DNA of 63,834 nt, filler included, from Craspedostauros australis (lineage: Eukaryota): the NCBI GenBank assembly GCA_030167865.1. It is 9 parts of 9 records of this genome, joined end to end, with 100 filler letters (N's around TTAATTAATTAA, not from the genome) between each part and the next. Parts side by side here need not be neighbours in the genome. Positions count along the whole stretch, not along the records: positions 1 to 15,438 come from JALAGF010004434.1; 8 more parts are not named here. One strand, given 5' to 3'. The notes under the pieces were generated by a model. That model searched no databases. It was not told where the DNA came from and was given only the letters and a program-made list of their open reading frames with translations. Of this stretch, positions 1-13,072 are shown in pieces (the first letter of the stretch is position 1; each line of letters opens with the position of its first letter). Position numbers and translations under genes: made by a program.

Positions 1-2914
1 TACTCATACTACAACCGCAGCACAACAGATACAACGAGCATCGCATCGGCGGAGGCACCTTTGGAATGAAGCAAAAAATGTGACTGTTTTTGTGTCGGCG
101 TGGCGACGATGTGTGCGTGCGCATGTGATGATGTGTGTGATGTCCACAAGTGGAAAATGTCAATCGATTCCGGAGCAGCTAACGGTGTATAACGTGTTCC
201 AAACGAACGAGGAGGAAGGAAAAAGCTGGAGACACCAACGTGAATGGGCACCAACCGTTATTAACTCGGAACACCAAAGAACCTTCGGAAAAACTACCTC
301 GTGGAAGGATACGTTTGACCCCTACGACTCCAAATATTTGATGGTCCATAAAACTTAAACTATGAACTTTAAGTTTCTGGGTAATTTTCCTGTTGCTATG
401 GAGACTATAATGAGTTGGTTTATATGCTTGGTTGTGTTGAAATCGAAGAAAAATTGCCACTCTACTTTACCAAAGGTTGGTCGACTCACTCACCCGGGTC
501 TTATGACGATGTCTCGAGGGAGCGTAGATTAGATGTGATCACGCCAGTGATAGCTGAAAGGCTCCCTTGCTTCAAACCGCGATAGTGAGACATGCATTTG
601 CTTCTGACAGGAAGTGTCAAAGTGTTCGGACCATCTCATCCATGCAGGGATCATGGTCGTGAACAAAGCTCGCAGCGATGGTTTTGTTGCACCACTCCGC
701 GATAGTTTGCCTTCGTCATGTTCTTTGGTAAAATATCAAGTTCGGTGTTGATTCGTTGGTATTCTGGGCATGCGCGGGTGTGAATTCAGAGAAAGGCAGA
801 GAGAGAGAGTGGAGGCGTGTTTGTGGAGCCGGCGGTGGTATCTCTCAGGGAGCCATGTTGTTTCCGGGTTGATGATGTCCCAAGAGTGCAGATGGGCGTT
901 TGTCATCGTCGATGATCGTGTCAGAGCCTGCAGACGAGATTGTGTTGTTGCCGATGATCTGAATGATTGGGTGGAATGGACACACAGACAGACGGAAAGG
1001 CCAAACCGATACGCACACAAACATCCAAAAATGCAGACATATATTTAGGCCATTCAAACAGACGTATTGTTGATTTCGTGTCCACAGACGTTCGTGTTGT
1101 CAAACAGACATTCGGTGTCGGTACGAAATACTTTCCTAAAACAGACAGACACACTTGGCTGACCAAACGAAATGAAAGTTTCTGTACCAGGAGGTTCGCC
1201 CCCGTGTCGGTTGCGCCACCTGAACTCAGGAGGCAGATCGGAGGTACTGATACGTAGTTGTACGTGAGCGCATGGAGTGTAAATCAGAAGCACGCACGAC
1301 GTGAGAGACACTTGGTGTGATCGTTTCTCTGCCTGCTCCTCACGTTGTTGAGTTGCAACGCGGCGCGGCCAGTTGGATCCAGGCCAGCAACTGCTTGCAA
1401 AGCATTCGTACGAACAGGCGGTGTCTGCGCCGCACTTCGTTCCCTTGCATTCGCTGCGATACGACAATGCTGGTGCAGCAACGACGGTGTGGATGAAAAG
1501 CTTATGTCCTTGTATGGAGCCGTTCTTTTCCATTGTACGATCAATAGATGTGAGAGGAGAAACAGCACAAAGAGGAAAAATTCTTCCGACTGGTCGTTGC
1601 AATTTGCGATCAAGTGGTCCGTCACGAAGATCACCTCCCTTCTTGAGCTCTTGGCTTGACATGGTCACAAAGCAGAACGCAACATTGCATCCATCCAATC
1701 CCGTTTTCGTTGCTTCGAAGGAGGATCCGATTCTTCCGTCAACGCTTCAGACCCACCATGTCTTGCGATACAACGGGGTCTGCTGTTACACAGTTTGTTG
1801 GAAGACGACTTTGTAGGCGATTCCAATCGATGGATGGATGGATGGATGAAGGGATGGTCTTGGTTGGATCCGCGTCGCCGTTTCATCTCTTGCCATCACG
1901 TCGACTGATCTGCTCCAACCTTCTCCTGGACTCTTCAATCTCTTGCATACGAGGACGCACTCGATCTGTTGTTCTGCCATGGACACGGAAAGGAAAGGAG
2001 GTGTTGAAGAAACATGGCCCGCAGCGATTCGGTGCTGTGGCCATCATGTTCGTACCGACACTTGCACGAACGTTGAGTGTAACCGACGAACGTTGCCCAG
2101 GTTTCTCTCTCGTGATTGCATCAGTGATTGATTGGCCTTTGGTTGTGGCCAATTCCTAATCTCGGACAAAGTGCACGACTTCCACAGCCGCTGCGTGCTA
2201 AATACGCCTTTCTTCGTGGAAGGGAAGTATGTTCATTCGAAGGTGTTCGTCATGACATTCTGCCCAGGTTATTTGCGTTTCGCCATAAATTTTGAAAAAC
2301 TAATCGATGTTGTTAACAATTAAGACTTTGTCATTGTCGTTTTGCTGTCGCCACCTTCTAAGTGTCTCGCCGTATTAATGACCGTTGGCATCACGATCTG
2401 TTGGCAAGGAGATGCCCAACGCGGAAGGAGGCGCAGGTTTTCGCCTTGGTTGGTTGCGGGATCGGCCGAAATTTGGCAGCGTGTTGGGTGTGCGTCTTCT
2501 GCCAGTGTCGTGGTCGTGCTGTTTGCGTTCGGTGTGGACTCTGCGAATGGTTCACGCGTCCAACCGCGCTGTTTTGTTTGGTTGTTGCTGTTTCTTGGCC
2601 TTCTGCCTCTCTTGCTCTGCCTCATTCTTGGTCTGCTTTCCTCCCTCCATTCACTTGACTTCACCCACTCCGCAGCAAAGCAAAGCAAAGCACAGCGAGT
2701 AACATCCACTCCAGACCATCACGCCTCGACAGAAGACCGACCCTTGTCCTTTGACACAGAAAGTTCTTCAGACACCCAACATTGACACGGTACAAGCCCA
2801 AACGGGCCTATAGTGTCAATACAATTGCTGCTATTGCTACTCCACCACCAAGACCAACAAAACTAACAACAAGACCAAGAACAACACCAAGAATAAGAAG
2901 AACACTGATCGACC

Positions 2915-4378
2915 ATGACGGACGGCCAAGCAGACGTGTTCGGCTCTGACGTCCACGACGTCGATGTGTGGGGCGCAGACGACAGCCTGGATAACTTCGG
3001 CGACTTCCCGCCCGTGAAGTTCGACGATGACGACTGGACGCAGGCCACGGAGCCGACGGTGCAGACCATGTCCACGGCCTCCACGCGCGGCACGACCACG
3101 GAGGAGGTCTTCAAGACGCCCAAGATCACCATGCGGCGGCCGCTCACGCGCGGCAAGTCGCTGCGGGCCCTGTGCGTCAGCAGCGACGATGCGGATGCGG
3201 CCGACGCGGCCAGGCTCAAGAATCCGTCGCTGTCCACCATCATCCGCTCGGCCAAGCCTGTCAAGCAGCCGCAGATGATGGTCATGCGGTGGCAGCGATC
3301 CGGCTCGTGCTCTGCCTCTGCAGCGACCTCCACGTCGGCGCCTGCCAAGCCCATGCACTCGGGTCAGGAGGCGTCCGGTCCCAGCCCCAGTGCCTCCACC
3401 GCAACCGCAGCCACAGCCTCCACCGAGTCAACCGCCAGCAGCGCAGGCAAGGACTCGCAACAGCCGAAGGTCCGCAGCGCCGCCAGAGCAAAGCCCGCAT
3501 CCAGGACCCGGGCCTCGAGGAGCTCGTCCATGGACATGGGCACCAGACCGCAGGCGCCGCCCACCATGACGCCGCGCACGGACCATCTGCGCACGCGCAA
3601 GCACCATCGCACGCCCAGCAGGAGCAAGAGCGACGACAACATCTGCCTCACCAAGCCGCGCAGCGAACGCACGTTGCGTCGCAAGCCATCGCGCAGCGCC
3701 AGCAAGTCGGATGTCAAGGCCAAGAGCGAGCGCATGCTGGTCGTGCCGCCTGACAGCGATGACAACCGAAGGCGACGCAACGACCGGTATCAGCATCTCA
3801 CGCGCCGCAAGAGCTCGAGGCGCAATATGAAGGGCCGTCGCGCCAACAGCTCGGCGGAGCTGCGGCACTCTCATTCCGACGACGATTACAGCAACGATGA
3901 GACGGAAACGGCGTTGGGGGAACCCCTGCGGCGCCACCTCGGCAGGACCAGCTCGTACCGGCGGCACACGCAAGACGACACGCACCATCGATCGCAGTCG
4001 CCGGCACATCGGCGCCGCGAGTTGCTGAAAAAGAACCGCAGCAACCGATCGCTGACGCAGCAGAATCTGGCGCTGCTGCAGGATGAGAGGGAACGCCACG
4101 AACCGCGTCCCCGACCAATCCGCAATGCCGCCAAGGGACGACCTCGCAGCAGGGACGTGCGGGCGCCATCGCTGGAACGCAACGTCTCAAGGCATTCCAA
4201 CAGCCGGCGCAGCGTGTTCCGCGAGTCGCGCGGCGATTCGATGGATACGTCCTTGACGACGGGACACATCTTTCAGCGCGGCGACATGGACGATGGCGAC
4301 GACGATTTGGAGCATTCCGATATGATCGACGGCGTCGAGTTTTATGCCACGTCGCCACATTATGCAACGGTTGCATGA
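2915..4378 (+). CDS. Hypothetical protein, 487 aa, Arg/Ser-rich and probably disordered
   Basis: Long ATG-started ORF with C/G-ending codon bias like the neighbouring genes, preceded by an A/C-rich leader. No recognisable domain motif. Confidence 0.75.
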   Translation: MTDGQADVFGSDVHDVDVWGADDSLDNFGDFPPVKFDDDDWTQATEPTVQTMSTASTRGTTTEEVFKTPKITMRRPLTRGKSLRALCVSSDDADAADAARLKNPSLSTIIRSAKPVKQPQMMVMRWQRSGSCSASAATSTSAPAKPMHSGQEASGPSPSASTATAATASTESTASSAGKDSQQPKVRSAARAKPASRTRASRSSSMDMGTRPQAPPTMTPRTDHLRTRKHHRTPSRSKSDDNICLTKPRSERTLRRKPSRSASKSDVKAKSERMLVVPPDSDDNRRRRNDRYQHLTRRKSSRRNMKGRRANSSAELRHSHSDDDYSNDETETALGEPLRRHLGRTSSYRRHTQDDTHHRSQSPAHRRRELLKKNRSNRSLTQQNLALLQDERERHEPRPRPIRNAAKGRPRSRDVRAPSLERNVSRHSNSRRSVFRESRGDSMDTSLTTGHIFQRGDMDDGDDDLEHSDMIDGVEFYATSPHYATVA

Positions 4379-4704
4379 TGATGCTCGTGCTGTTCTCGGA
4401 ATGGGTGCAGCTTGCAGATAGATGGAGGTAGATGGGTATGGCACTCCTATCACATCACACCCACACGTCGTCGGCATGCATACCTATGTAGAGTAGTGGA
4501 ATGCAACGCAATACCATACTCTGACTGCGATATTACAACAACTCCAGTTAGCCTACGTGTAATGATAGTGTAACATAACAGTAGAATAGTATGTTTAGAA
4601 GACCAACAATACCATCCTACACCATACTTATGAAGAGTGTCATACATCGACTGTTTGTGCTCGTACGACCATGATGACAGACCAATGCAAAGACATTCCT
4701 TGCG

Positions 4705-6078
4705 CTACCATTTGAAGAACGGCATGACGACAGTTGGCATGAGCTGCCTTCCTTTCGCGTAGGTTTCATCGCTGCGCTGATTGAAAGCATCGATGATCAC
4801 ATCGCAACCCTTCTCGAAGGAACCGTCGCCGGCAGCTTCCACCTCGAAGCTGTGAACCCCGTTGCCCACAACCCAAATGGTATCGATGCCTTCACCCGAT
4901 CCGCCCGCCACATCCGTCTCCAACGCGTCGCCCACCATGCAGGCACGCGCACGATCCTTGCCTCTCAGACCAATCTCGTAGACATCCGAAAAGGGCTTGC
5001 CGATGCGTTTGATCAAGGCCGCCGCATCGATGCCGTCGTCGTGCTGCAGCAAGGCCGCTGCGTAAGCATCGCCGATGGTCCCGGGCATGGGCGACCGATC
5101 GGCGTCGGGACGCACCTTATCCGGATTGGCCACGATCATCGGAAGGCGTCGCGGCGCGGCCATGGCGAGGGCCTCGGCCATGCGTTGAGCGTAGACGTCG
5201 TCCGTCTTGTGGATCACCGTCGCGTCATCGACGATGGTGAAGGTGCCGCGCGCCACGATGAGATCGGCCGTTGCCATCGACGTCGCCAGACGCAATCCGC
5301 AGCTCTCGATGTACTCGCGATCGCCATCGCCGCTGCCGAAGCAGAACGCGCTTGCGTTGGGCGGCAACGTCAAGGCGTTCCATGGTTGCGGTGCCAATGA
5401 GGATTGCTGCGGTGACGTTTGGGAGAGCAAGTGGTACGCGACTTCGCCGGATGTGATGATCTCTGTGAAGTCGGCGGTGGGGCTGAAGCCGAGCTTGGTC
5501 AAGGACTTGATGCTCTTGCTTTTGCGTTTGGAGGAGTTGGAGAGGATGATCATGTCTTTGCCTTTGGATTGGAGCTGCTGAATGACATCCAGGACGCCAT
5601 CGTAGGGTGTGATGCCGTCGTGCATGACGCCCCTTTAAAGATAGTGATAGTAGTGGTGACAATGGTGGTTTTGTATCATAATCGTAACATTCATGGCATT
5701 GCAGTATTCGTGATTGTACGGATAGAATGGTGAACGGTGAATGGTGAACGGTGAACGGTGAAGAAGGCAGAATGTGAGTGCTCACCTGCAGAAGGTTGAG
5801 GCAGGAAGAGAGGAGGAGTACCTTCATGTTTATATTCTCTAGAGAGAGTGCTGACGAACTCACCACATATCCAGCAGGAAGATGTCATAATCATCGACGA
5901 TATCTTTGATGCCTTCCACTAGTCGGAACTTCTTGGGCGACACAGCAGCGGCTGTTTGGCCATCGGAAGAATCTACCATCTGGAGCTGCCGTTGTTGTTG
6001 CGCTGGTGATGGGGTCTGAAAGGCAGTCGTAGAAAGGATGCGGAGCAATGGAAGGGCCCAACAACAGAGTAGCTTCAT
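4705..6078 (-). CDS. HAD-superfamily subfamily IIA hydrolase, probably plastid-targeted; exons 6078-5864 and 5632-4705
   Basis: Splicing ATGTG/GTGAGT...TTTAAAG/GGGC rebuilds HAD motif I (FLLDMWGVMHDG). Motif II ILSNSS, IGKP and motif IV MVGDALETDVAGG are present. N-terminus MKLLCCWALPLLRILSTTA-FQT resembles a diatom bipartite leader. Confidence 0.9.
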
Positions 6079-6478
6079 GGTGATCTCGCAAGTGATGCAC
6101 GAGTGTCGTGTTGGTACTCTCCTCGAGTGTTTTGTGAAGAATGATGGGTTTTGTTGGATGGAGGTGATGGGTTTGACTGACGTTTGTTCCACACAAATGA
6201 TCGGCAACGCGGCAAAAAATGGCATCAAACTGCAGCCAACCGTGACATCCAACGGCATGCACGAGCAGTCGCATAGTACCACAGGCATTCCTACTGCGAC
6301 GGATTGGTCGCTTGGGACAAGCATTCTCTAGAGAGAGAGAGACAGACTACGGTCCAGGGGCAACATGTAATTAAGAATACTACTCCTGTGAATATGACGG
6401 AGTACTGCAGCGTACTCTATTACTCGTACAGTGCACCGTGCCATATCATAATGAAAAAGACAAGATATGCCGATGATC

Positions 6479-8044
6479 CTATCGTCTACCCCATCCACCG
6501 CCGCCGCCTCCACCGCCGCGACGACCTCGATCGTGTCCTCCTCCACCACTGCCTCCGCGGTTATTGTAGCCACGGTCGTATCCACCACCATCTCTGCCGC
6601 CGCCACCTCCTCCGCCACGTTCCCAATGACCTTCACTCCTTTGTCCACCGCGGTGGTATCCGCCATGATCTCCACCATCCCTGCCGCCGCCGCCGCCGCG
6701 ACGATCATGTCGCCCATAACCGCCTCCGCCACGATCGCCGCCATCTCTGCCACTGCCGCGACGATCGTGCCGGCCATACCCGCCACCACCGCGCATGGGC
6801 GGAGGCGCACGCTGTCCTCGTCCTCCCGGTGGCGGCGGTCCGTACTTGCCATACTTGCCGACCATCTGCTTCAGCTTTTCCCGCACCAGCTTCCAGCCGA
6901 CATATTGCTTGCCGGCATAATGCGCGGCGATACGTTCATCGGCATCACGCGCGCTCATGAAGTTGCCCGACACCTCGCACACGGTCTTGTCGGTCGTCGT
7001 GTCGCTCTTGAGATGGTTGAGGTCGCGCATCTGGTTGTCGACGCTGGCATGCAGCGGTCGTAGCTCGTCCATCTTGCGGGCGATGTCGCAGAGCAGAACC
7101 TGCTTTTGCAATTTCAGTTTGCCGAGCTCCATGGACGGTGATGACGTCGCTTTCGTTTCGTCTGATTTGCCCTTGTCCTTGGCATGATCGTCGCCACCAT
7201 CTTTATCGTCGTCCTTGTTGCCACCGTCTCCTTCGGTCTTCATTGCGGCATCGCCATCCTTGTCGCGATCTTCCTTTATCTTGGCATCCTTCGCTTTTTT
7301 CGCATCGTCCTCACTGCTATCATCGCTGCTGTCATCGCTGCTATCATCACTGCTATCATCACTGCTGTCGTCGTTAGCTTTCTCCTCCCCTTTGACTTTG
7401 ACTTTGGCCTTGCCACCTTCTGTGGCATCCGCAGATTTGGCACTCTCCTTCTGCATCTGCAGCTTGAGGTCCTCCTCCTTGGGCTCCATCTCCACGATCT
7501 TCTCCAACGCTTCGTTGATCTGATCGGTGAGCTCGTCAATCCGTATCTGGCTGCGCAACACCTGATCCACGGCCGCCTCATCGATGGCATGCACGTAATC
7601 CGTGTTGCCGCGCTTTTGCATTTGGCGTTGCAGCTCCTTGTTGAGCTTCTCCGTGTTGCGCTGCACCGTGCGATCGCACTGGTTGACGAGCTCCTGCAGC
7701 TTGCCGAACAGGAAGTGATCGAAGCCCAAGCGCTCCTTCTCATGCTCCGGCAAGCCCGTGAACTCCTTGCGCGCCGAATCGTCGGCCTTGTAGGGATTGG
7801 GGCCGATGTCGGACTTGGTGTTGACGAAGAGATCGTAGACGTCGACGCCCCACGCGCAGTACAGCGGGCAGATGTCGTTGTCGTAGCACGATTTGTGGCG
7901 CTTGCCGGGCAGCAGCAGGCCCGATCCGCCGTCGTCGTTGCCGCGTTTGCGGTTGGGCAGCGACATGCCGGGTGGCAGCGGGGCATCGCGGTCGCCGCCC
8001 ATGAGCTGGTCCAGCATGGCGCGGGCTTCTGCGATGGCCGTCAT
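6479..8044 (-). CDS. LUC7: LUC7-like U1 snRNP-associated splicing factor (521 aa) with Gly/Arg-rich tail
   Basis: ARAMLDQLMG N-terminus, DLFVNTKSDIGP, coiled-coil centre and VCEVSGNFMSARDADERIAAHYAGKQYVGW match the LUC7 layout. ATG at 8044. Confidence 0.9.
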   Translation of the reverse strand: MTAIAEARAMLDQLMGGDRDAPLPPGMSLPNRKRGNDDGGSGLLLPGKRHKSCYDNDICPLYCAWGVDVYDLFVNTKSDIGPNPYKADDSARKEFTGLPEHEKERLGFDHFLFGKLQELVNQCDRTVQRNTEKLNKELQRQMQKRGNTDYVHAIDEAAVDQVLRSQIRIDELTDQINEALEKIVEMEPKEEDLKLQMQKESAKSADATEGGKAKVKVKGEEKANDDSSDDSSDDSSDDSSDDSSEDDAKKAKDAKIKEDRDKDGDAAMKTEGDGGNKDDDKDGGDDHAKDKGKSDETKATSSPSMELGKLKLQKQVLLCDIARKMDELRPLHASVDNQMRDLNHLKSDTTTDKTVCEVSGNFMSARDADERIAAHYAGKQYVGWKLVREKLKQMVGKYGKYGPPPPGGRGQRAPPPMRGGGGYGRHDRRGSGRDGGDRGGGGYGRHDRRGGGGGRDGGDHGGYHRGGQRSEGHWERGGGGGGGRDGGGYDRGYNNRGGSGGGGHDRGRRGGGGGGGGWGRR

Positions 8045-8926
8045 GGTTGCTGCGGCTGTTGCTCTTGTTCTTGTTGTTCTTTGGAGTGGTAGTGAGTTGG
8101 GTCCGGATTGGGATCTTTCTCTTCTGTCGATCGATCGATCGATCGATGGATGTTCTCTCACCGGTGGGAGTCTGCGAGCTACGAGTATTGCCAATGGCTG
8201 ATGTGTCTTTTCAAGATGCGGTGGGATGGAATGCCGTCATGGTGGGTGAAACGACAACCAAACTGAGACGGAGACACGGAGAACTCCACAACCTTCGAAA
8301 CGCTCTCGTTTTGGTGCGTCGTTTGTTTGTTTGGTTTGATTTTGGGTTTGGTTGGTGGTTGGAGACGGACGGCGGCGCGACCCTAAGGTCATACTAATCC
8401 ATTATTGGACTCACACGAACAACAGAGCCAACCGAACGTTCATCCTTCTCTCTGTGTGTTCTCCACGTGGAAAATCTTTCAGATCACGAGTACTCTGGGT
8501 CCTGTTAAATAGGATGCTATCCTCAGCCTTTCCGACGAGTGCATTAGATTTGCATCACGTTTTCAACAAGATACGCACATGCACTGCTAGGGATTGGATG
8601 ATGCGTCAGTTCCCAAATGACTTCAACTTGGGGAAAGCAACACACAACAAACACCACACACCATCATCCGCAAGGAATCCACCACATCCAGAAAGCCAAC
8701 GAAAAGATGGAAGACAGAGACACGGAATGCAAAGGATCCGATGGTCGGAAACGACTACGAAGACGTTCGCACCTCCATCAACATCAACATCAACATCGCC
8801 ATCAACAACGACAACTGCCAAAACAAACCAACTGCCTCGTCTGCACACCACACACCACACAACACACACCACACAACACACACCACATAAACTTACCAGA
8901 ACACAAACAAATTCAAAATCATCACC
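8045..8926. promoter_or_regulatory. Divergent intergenic region between LUC7 and GSA aminotransferase; likely holds both promoters and 5' UTRs
   Basis: Head-to-head genes about 0.9 kb apart, CA-rich leader before the hemL ATG, (TCGA)5 tract at 8127-8146. Inferred from position only. Confidence 0.45.
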
Positions 8927-10701
8927 ATGAAGTTCGCCGCCGGAATCACTGCTTTGCTCGCCACTGGCGCCACCGCCTTCTCCCCAGCCGTCGCTGGATC
9001 CAAGTCCACCGTCCTTGCCAGCAGCACGAGCGCCGATACGTTCACCTTCTCCAAGAGCGAGGAGATCTTCGAGGAGGCCAAGGACGTGAGTCAATTGCCG
9101 GCGCCTTCGCTGCCAGTTGTGGTGTGCTGCATCAAACTGCCCCTCCTCCATCTGATGCAACGCGACATCATGCAGCGACGGGCAGGATCCTCCGTGTTTG
9201 CAGGACACTGACATCCAGCATGTACCGGATCACGAAATGCGCACGATTCAGCGGCATTCGGCGAGCGCCGGAATGGTTGCGACGCAATAGTTGTGTTGGA
9301 GATGGCGGATGGCGACGAGCATGACCGCACCCCATTCCCTTTGTCCACTTGCCTCAACACAAGCACAGACACTCACACGACGTTCCCATCGTTTGCGAAC
9401 ACTTCACGATTTGCGAAATCACGCTCACGTGTCCATGCACATCAAATCGCCTCAACCTGCAGCTCATGCCAGGTGGTGTTTCGTCCCCAGTCCGTGCCTT
9501 CAAGTCGGTCGGAGGAAACCCAGTTGTCTTCGACCGCGTCAAGGGTGCCTACGCCTACGATGTCGATGAGAACAAGTACATCGACTACGTCGGAACCTGG
9601 GGACCAGCCATCCTCGGACACGCCGATGACGATGTCCTCGACGCCGTGAAGAAGACCATGGACAAGGGAACCTCCTTCGGTGCCCCATGCCCACTCGAGA
9701 ACGAACTCGCCAAGGCCGTCATCGATGCCGTTCCATCCGTCGAGATGGTCCGCTTCACCAACTCCGGAACCGAGGCCTGCATGGGAATGATCCGTCTCGT
9801 CCGCGCCTTCACCAGCCGCGAGAAGGTCATCAAGTTCGAGGGATGCTACCACGGACACGCCGACTCCTTCCTCGTCCAGGCAGGATCCGGTGTCGCCACC
9901 CTCGGTCTTCCAGACTCACCAGGTGTCCCAGCCGCCGCCACCCAGGCCACCTACTGCGCCGAGTACAACAACCTCGGATCCGTCAAGAAGATCTTCGAGG
10001 AGAACAAGGACGAGATCGCCGCCATCATCCTCGAGCCAGTCGTCGGAAACTCCGGCTTCATCAAGCCAGACAAGGAATTCCTCGAGGGTCTCCGTGAGAT
10101 CGCCAACGACAACGGATCCCTTCTCGTCTTCGACGAGGTCATGACTGGATTCCGCGTGTCCTACGGAGGTGCCCAGCAGTACTTCGGAGTCACCCCAGAT
10201 GTCACCACCATGGGAAAGGTCATCGGAGGAGGACTCCCAGTCGGTGCCTACGGTGGCCGCAAGGACATCATGGAGTGGGTTGCCCCAGCCGGACCAATGT
10301 ACCAGGCCGGAACCCTCAGCGGAAACCCGCTCGCCATGACCGCCGGTATCGAGACCCTCAAGAAGCTCAGCCAGCCAGGTGTGTACGACGAGCTCGAGCG
10401 CAAGGCTACCATGCTTGTTGATGGTATCGTCGCTGCCGGAAAGAAGCACGGACACTCCCTCCAGGGAGGTGTTGCCGGAGGTATGTTCGGATGGTTCTTC
10501 AACGAGAGCGAGGTCAAGAACTTCGCAGAGGCAGCCAAGAGTGATTCGGACAAGTTCGGAAAGTGGCACAGAATGATGCTGGAGAGAGGCGTGTACTTGG
10601 CACCATCCATGTACGAGGCAGGATTCATGTCAATGGCACACACCGACGAGGACATCGAGAAGACCATCGCCATCGCCGACGAGGTCCTTTCCCAGCTGTA
10701 A
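8927..10701 (+). CDS. hemL: Glutamate-1-semialdehyde 2,1-aminomutase, plastid-targeted (465 aa); exons 8927-9085 and 9463-10701
   Basis: [46 protein letters not shown] Lys in [35 protein letters not shown]...CTGCAG intron in phase 0. Leader [20 protein letters not shown]. Strong codon bias. Confidence 0.97.
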
Positions 10702-13072
10702 ATACACAATACTATGTGACACCAATAATATTCCACCTCCTGACAAACATTAAGCAAAACAATTAGAGTGCTCCACTTGACTCTACTCACACACAAATCA
10801 AACGCAAGACTTGGAGCAGAGTTACCAATCATCCATCTTTGAAATGATCAGAACCGTCCTGATCATCCAATGATCTCGTGATGCTCCTGAAACGGATTGT
10901 GCAAGACTCGACCAAACCTTTCGGACCGACGCGACGCAGCGTTTGTGTGGATGTTCTGGTTCATCCATGAGACTCCCACGCCTCGGACGCCACTGCCATC
11001 GAGAGGCGTTCGCCACCAAAGAAATACGACTGGGGGCGAGAAAGAGGAACGCTCTGCGCAGATCAACCTGCATGGTGACGCCAACCACCACCGTGACCAG
11101 GATCGGTTCGTTCTGTTTGTATGTATGTGTAGCCGTATTCTTCTTTTTCTGTCTGTCTGTCTGTTTGGGTGCTTGCCTGTTGCTGCTTACGAACCCTTCC
11201 CCACAGGTCCAAACCAAGAGAAGACCAATCCTCACTGGTCAACACAAAACCGCACTTGCCTCGCCCATCTTTAGTTTCAGTTTCAGTTTCAGTTTCATTC
11301 CCCCTCCTCCCTCGCAATTGATGAAGATGGCGTTCAACCAAGAGTACCTTGGTACTCGCCCAATCGTACTTCCACATATGTACTGTGCATCCCTCGTACT
11401 CGTGGGCACATGTGGTACCACGCTCTTCTTCCTTTGCTCTCGCCATCAGTGCCAGCATGCGCTCGACTTAACGCGACAAGGCGACAGCGCCACAAACAGC
11501 CATTTGCCTCCCTGATCAAGGTCATTGTGCCAGTCTCCCATCGCTGGGGATACCATCCGCGTCCATCTGCACCCGCTCTTGTCATTTGTATCGTAATGAA
11601 CAAGGTGCGAATTGGCGTGTGATCGCCAGTGAATAGTGTCATCCGCAAGAGGAAATGGATGTAGAACAGGACCCTTGGACAATCAGCAATGAGATTTGGC
11701 ACGATCCATTTCTCATCACTACTCGTTCGGTGCAGTGGTGTCTGCTGGTCAGGAACATCCCGGAATAGAATGACACGACATGGCAGGGTATGGAATGGAA
11801 GACGATAGAATAGTAGCACCATGATGGCAAACGTGTTTGGCCAGATGTCTTCATCCCACAACTATACGTACTCATAATAGATACCATACGCGTATATATT
11901 GAAGTACGCTTCTAGCAAACGCTGATTCGTCCGATTGCGAAGATACAAATCGCAAGACGTGAACCACATGCAACATTTCACTCCAGCGCCACCCTGCTGA
12001 TATTCTGCTGCTCTCCTACGACTATCCTACTGCTACTCCGGTACCGTATGTAACATACGCTGAAGCCGATTCCATCCCTTGGATGACACCATAGGTAGTG
12101 CTACTCCGACCGGAAATGATTCAGCCCGAACACAGGCACGGCACGCTCTGTTTTTGTCGTTCAGCCACCCTCAGAAGCTGCGGGAGAAATATTAATTTAT
12201 AAAATTTATTTGAAGAAAAAAAAATAGAAGCACGCCCGACGGACCCTGATAGTGCGCGCATAGAGAGTGTCGAGTTAATGCGATACCATCGTAGTTGGTA
12301 CCATGGTTGTGTCCAACCATCATTTCGTCGCTGTCTGTGTCGTCTCCTGGCATGTTCTCCTTCACTTGCATGATCTTGTTCTCTGGGTGAATCGGTTCAC
12401 ACACGGTCACGACCTGGGGTAACTCGGGTGAACTTCGTGCACAACACACGCATTCTAGTCCACTCAACTGACAAATTATTCACATGCTTCTCCGACACTT
12501 CCGCCCACAGGTTGCTCATGGCATTTTGAAGCTTTCATCTCCATATCCATTGGCATTTTGTTGTGTCTGTGTCACTTCATCTCGTAGTTGCTGGTCGCTG
12601 TTCTTGCATCTTTTCCTGTGTGTCTGATTGGAATACTACTCGCGAGCTTGCTTGCCTGTTTCTTCCTCACTCTTCATTCCTCCATGATCCTCATTCAGAG
12701 TTGCATTCAATCCAAGCCTCTCATAAGCCAGTCCATGCATGGATGTGTTGCTGTCTGTCTATGAAGTGCTTCCATTCATGAAATGCAATGATTCTGTGTT
12801 GGTTTCATCTGATTGTTGTATTTACTTGCTGTATGTCAATCCATGGACCTGACCTCATTGTCTTCATTTCTCATCATCATCACTATCACCATTGTTGCTG
12901 TTCTTGTCACTGGCATTGGCATTGGCGATGGCATTGGCGATGGCTTTGGCTGCGTATACGTGTACTTTTGCTGTCGATTGTCTGTGTGAGCTGGTCTCGA
13001 TTTCATTTCTGGATCCTTGCTGTATCCACAATAGCCAAGTTTGACTGCTTCATTCGTTCTGCTGCTTCCACC

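Noticed and set aside
1..2800. Many short ORFs and an AT-rich stretch near 300-470
   Set aside because: No motifs, codon bias or paired termini that I can support.
8127..8146. (TCGA)5 self-complementary tract upstream of LUC7
   Set aside because: Similar microsatellites (GATG, CAT, GA, TTCAGT) are common in this window; no evidence of function.
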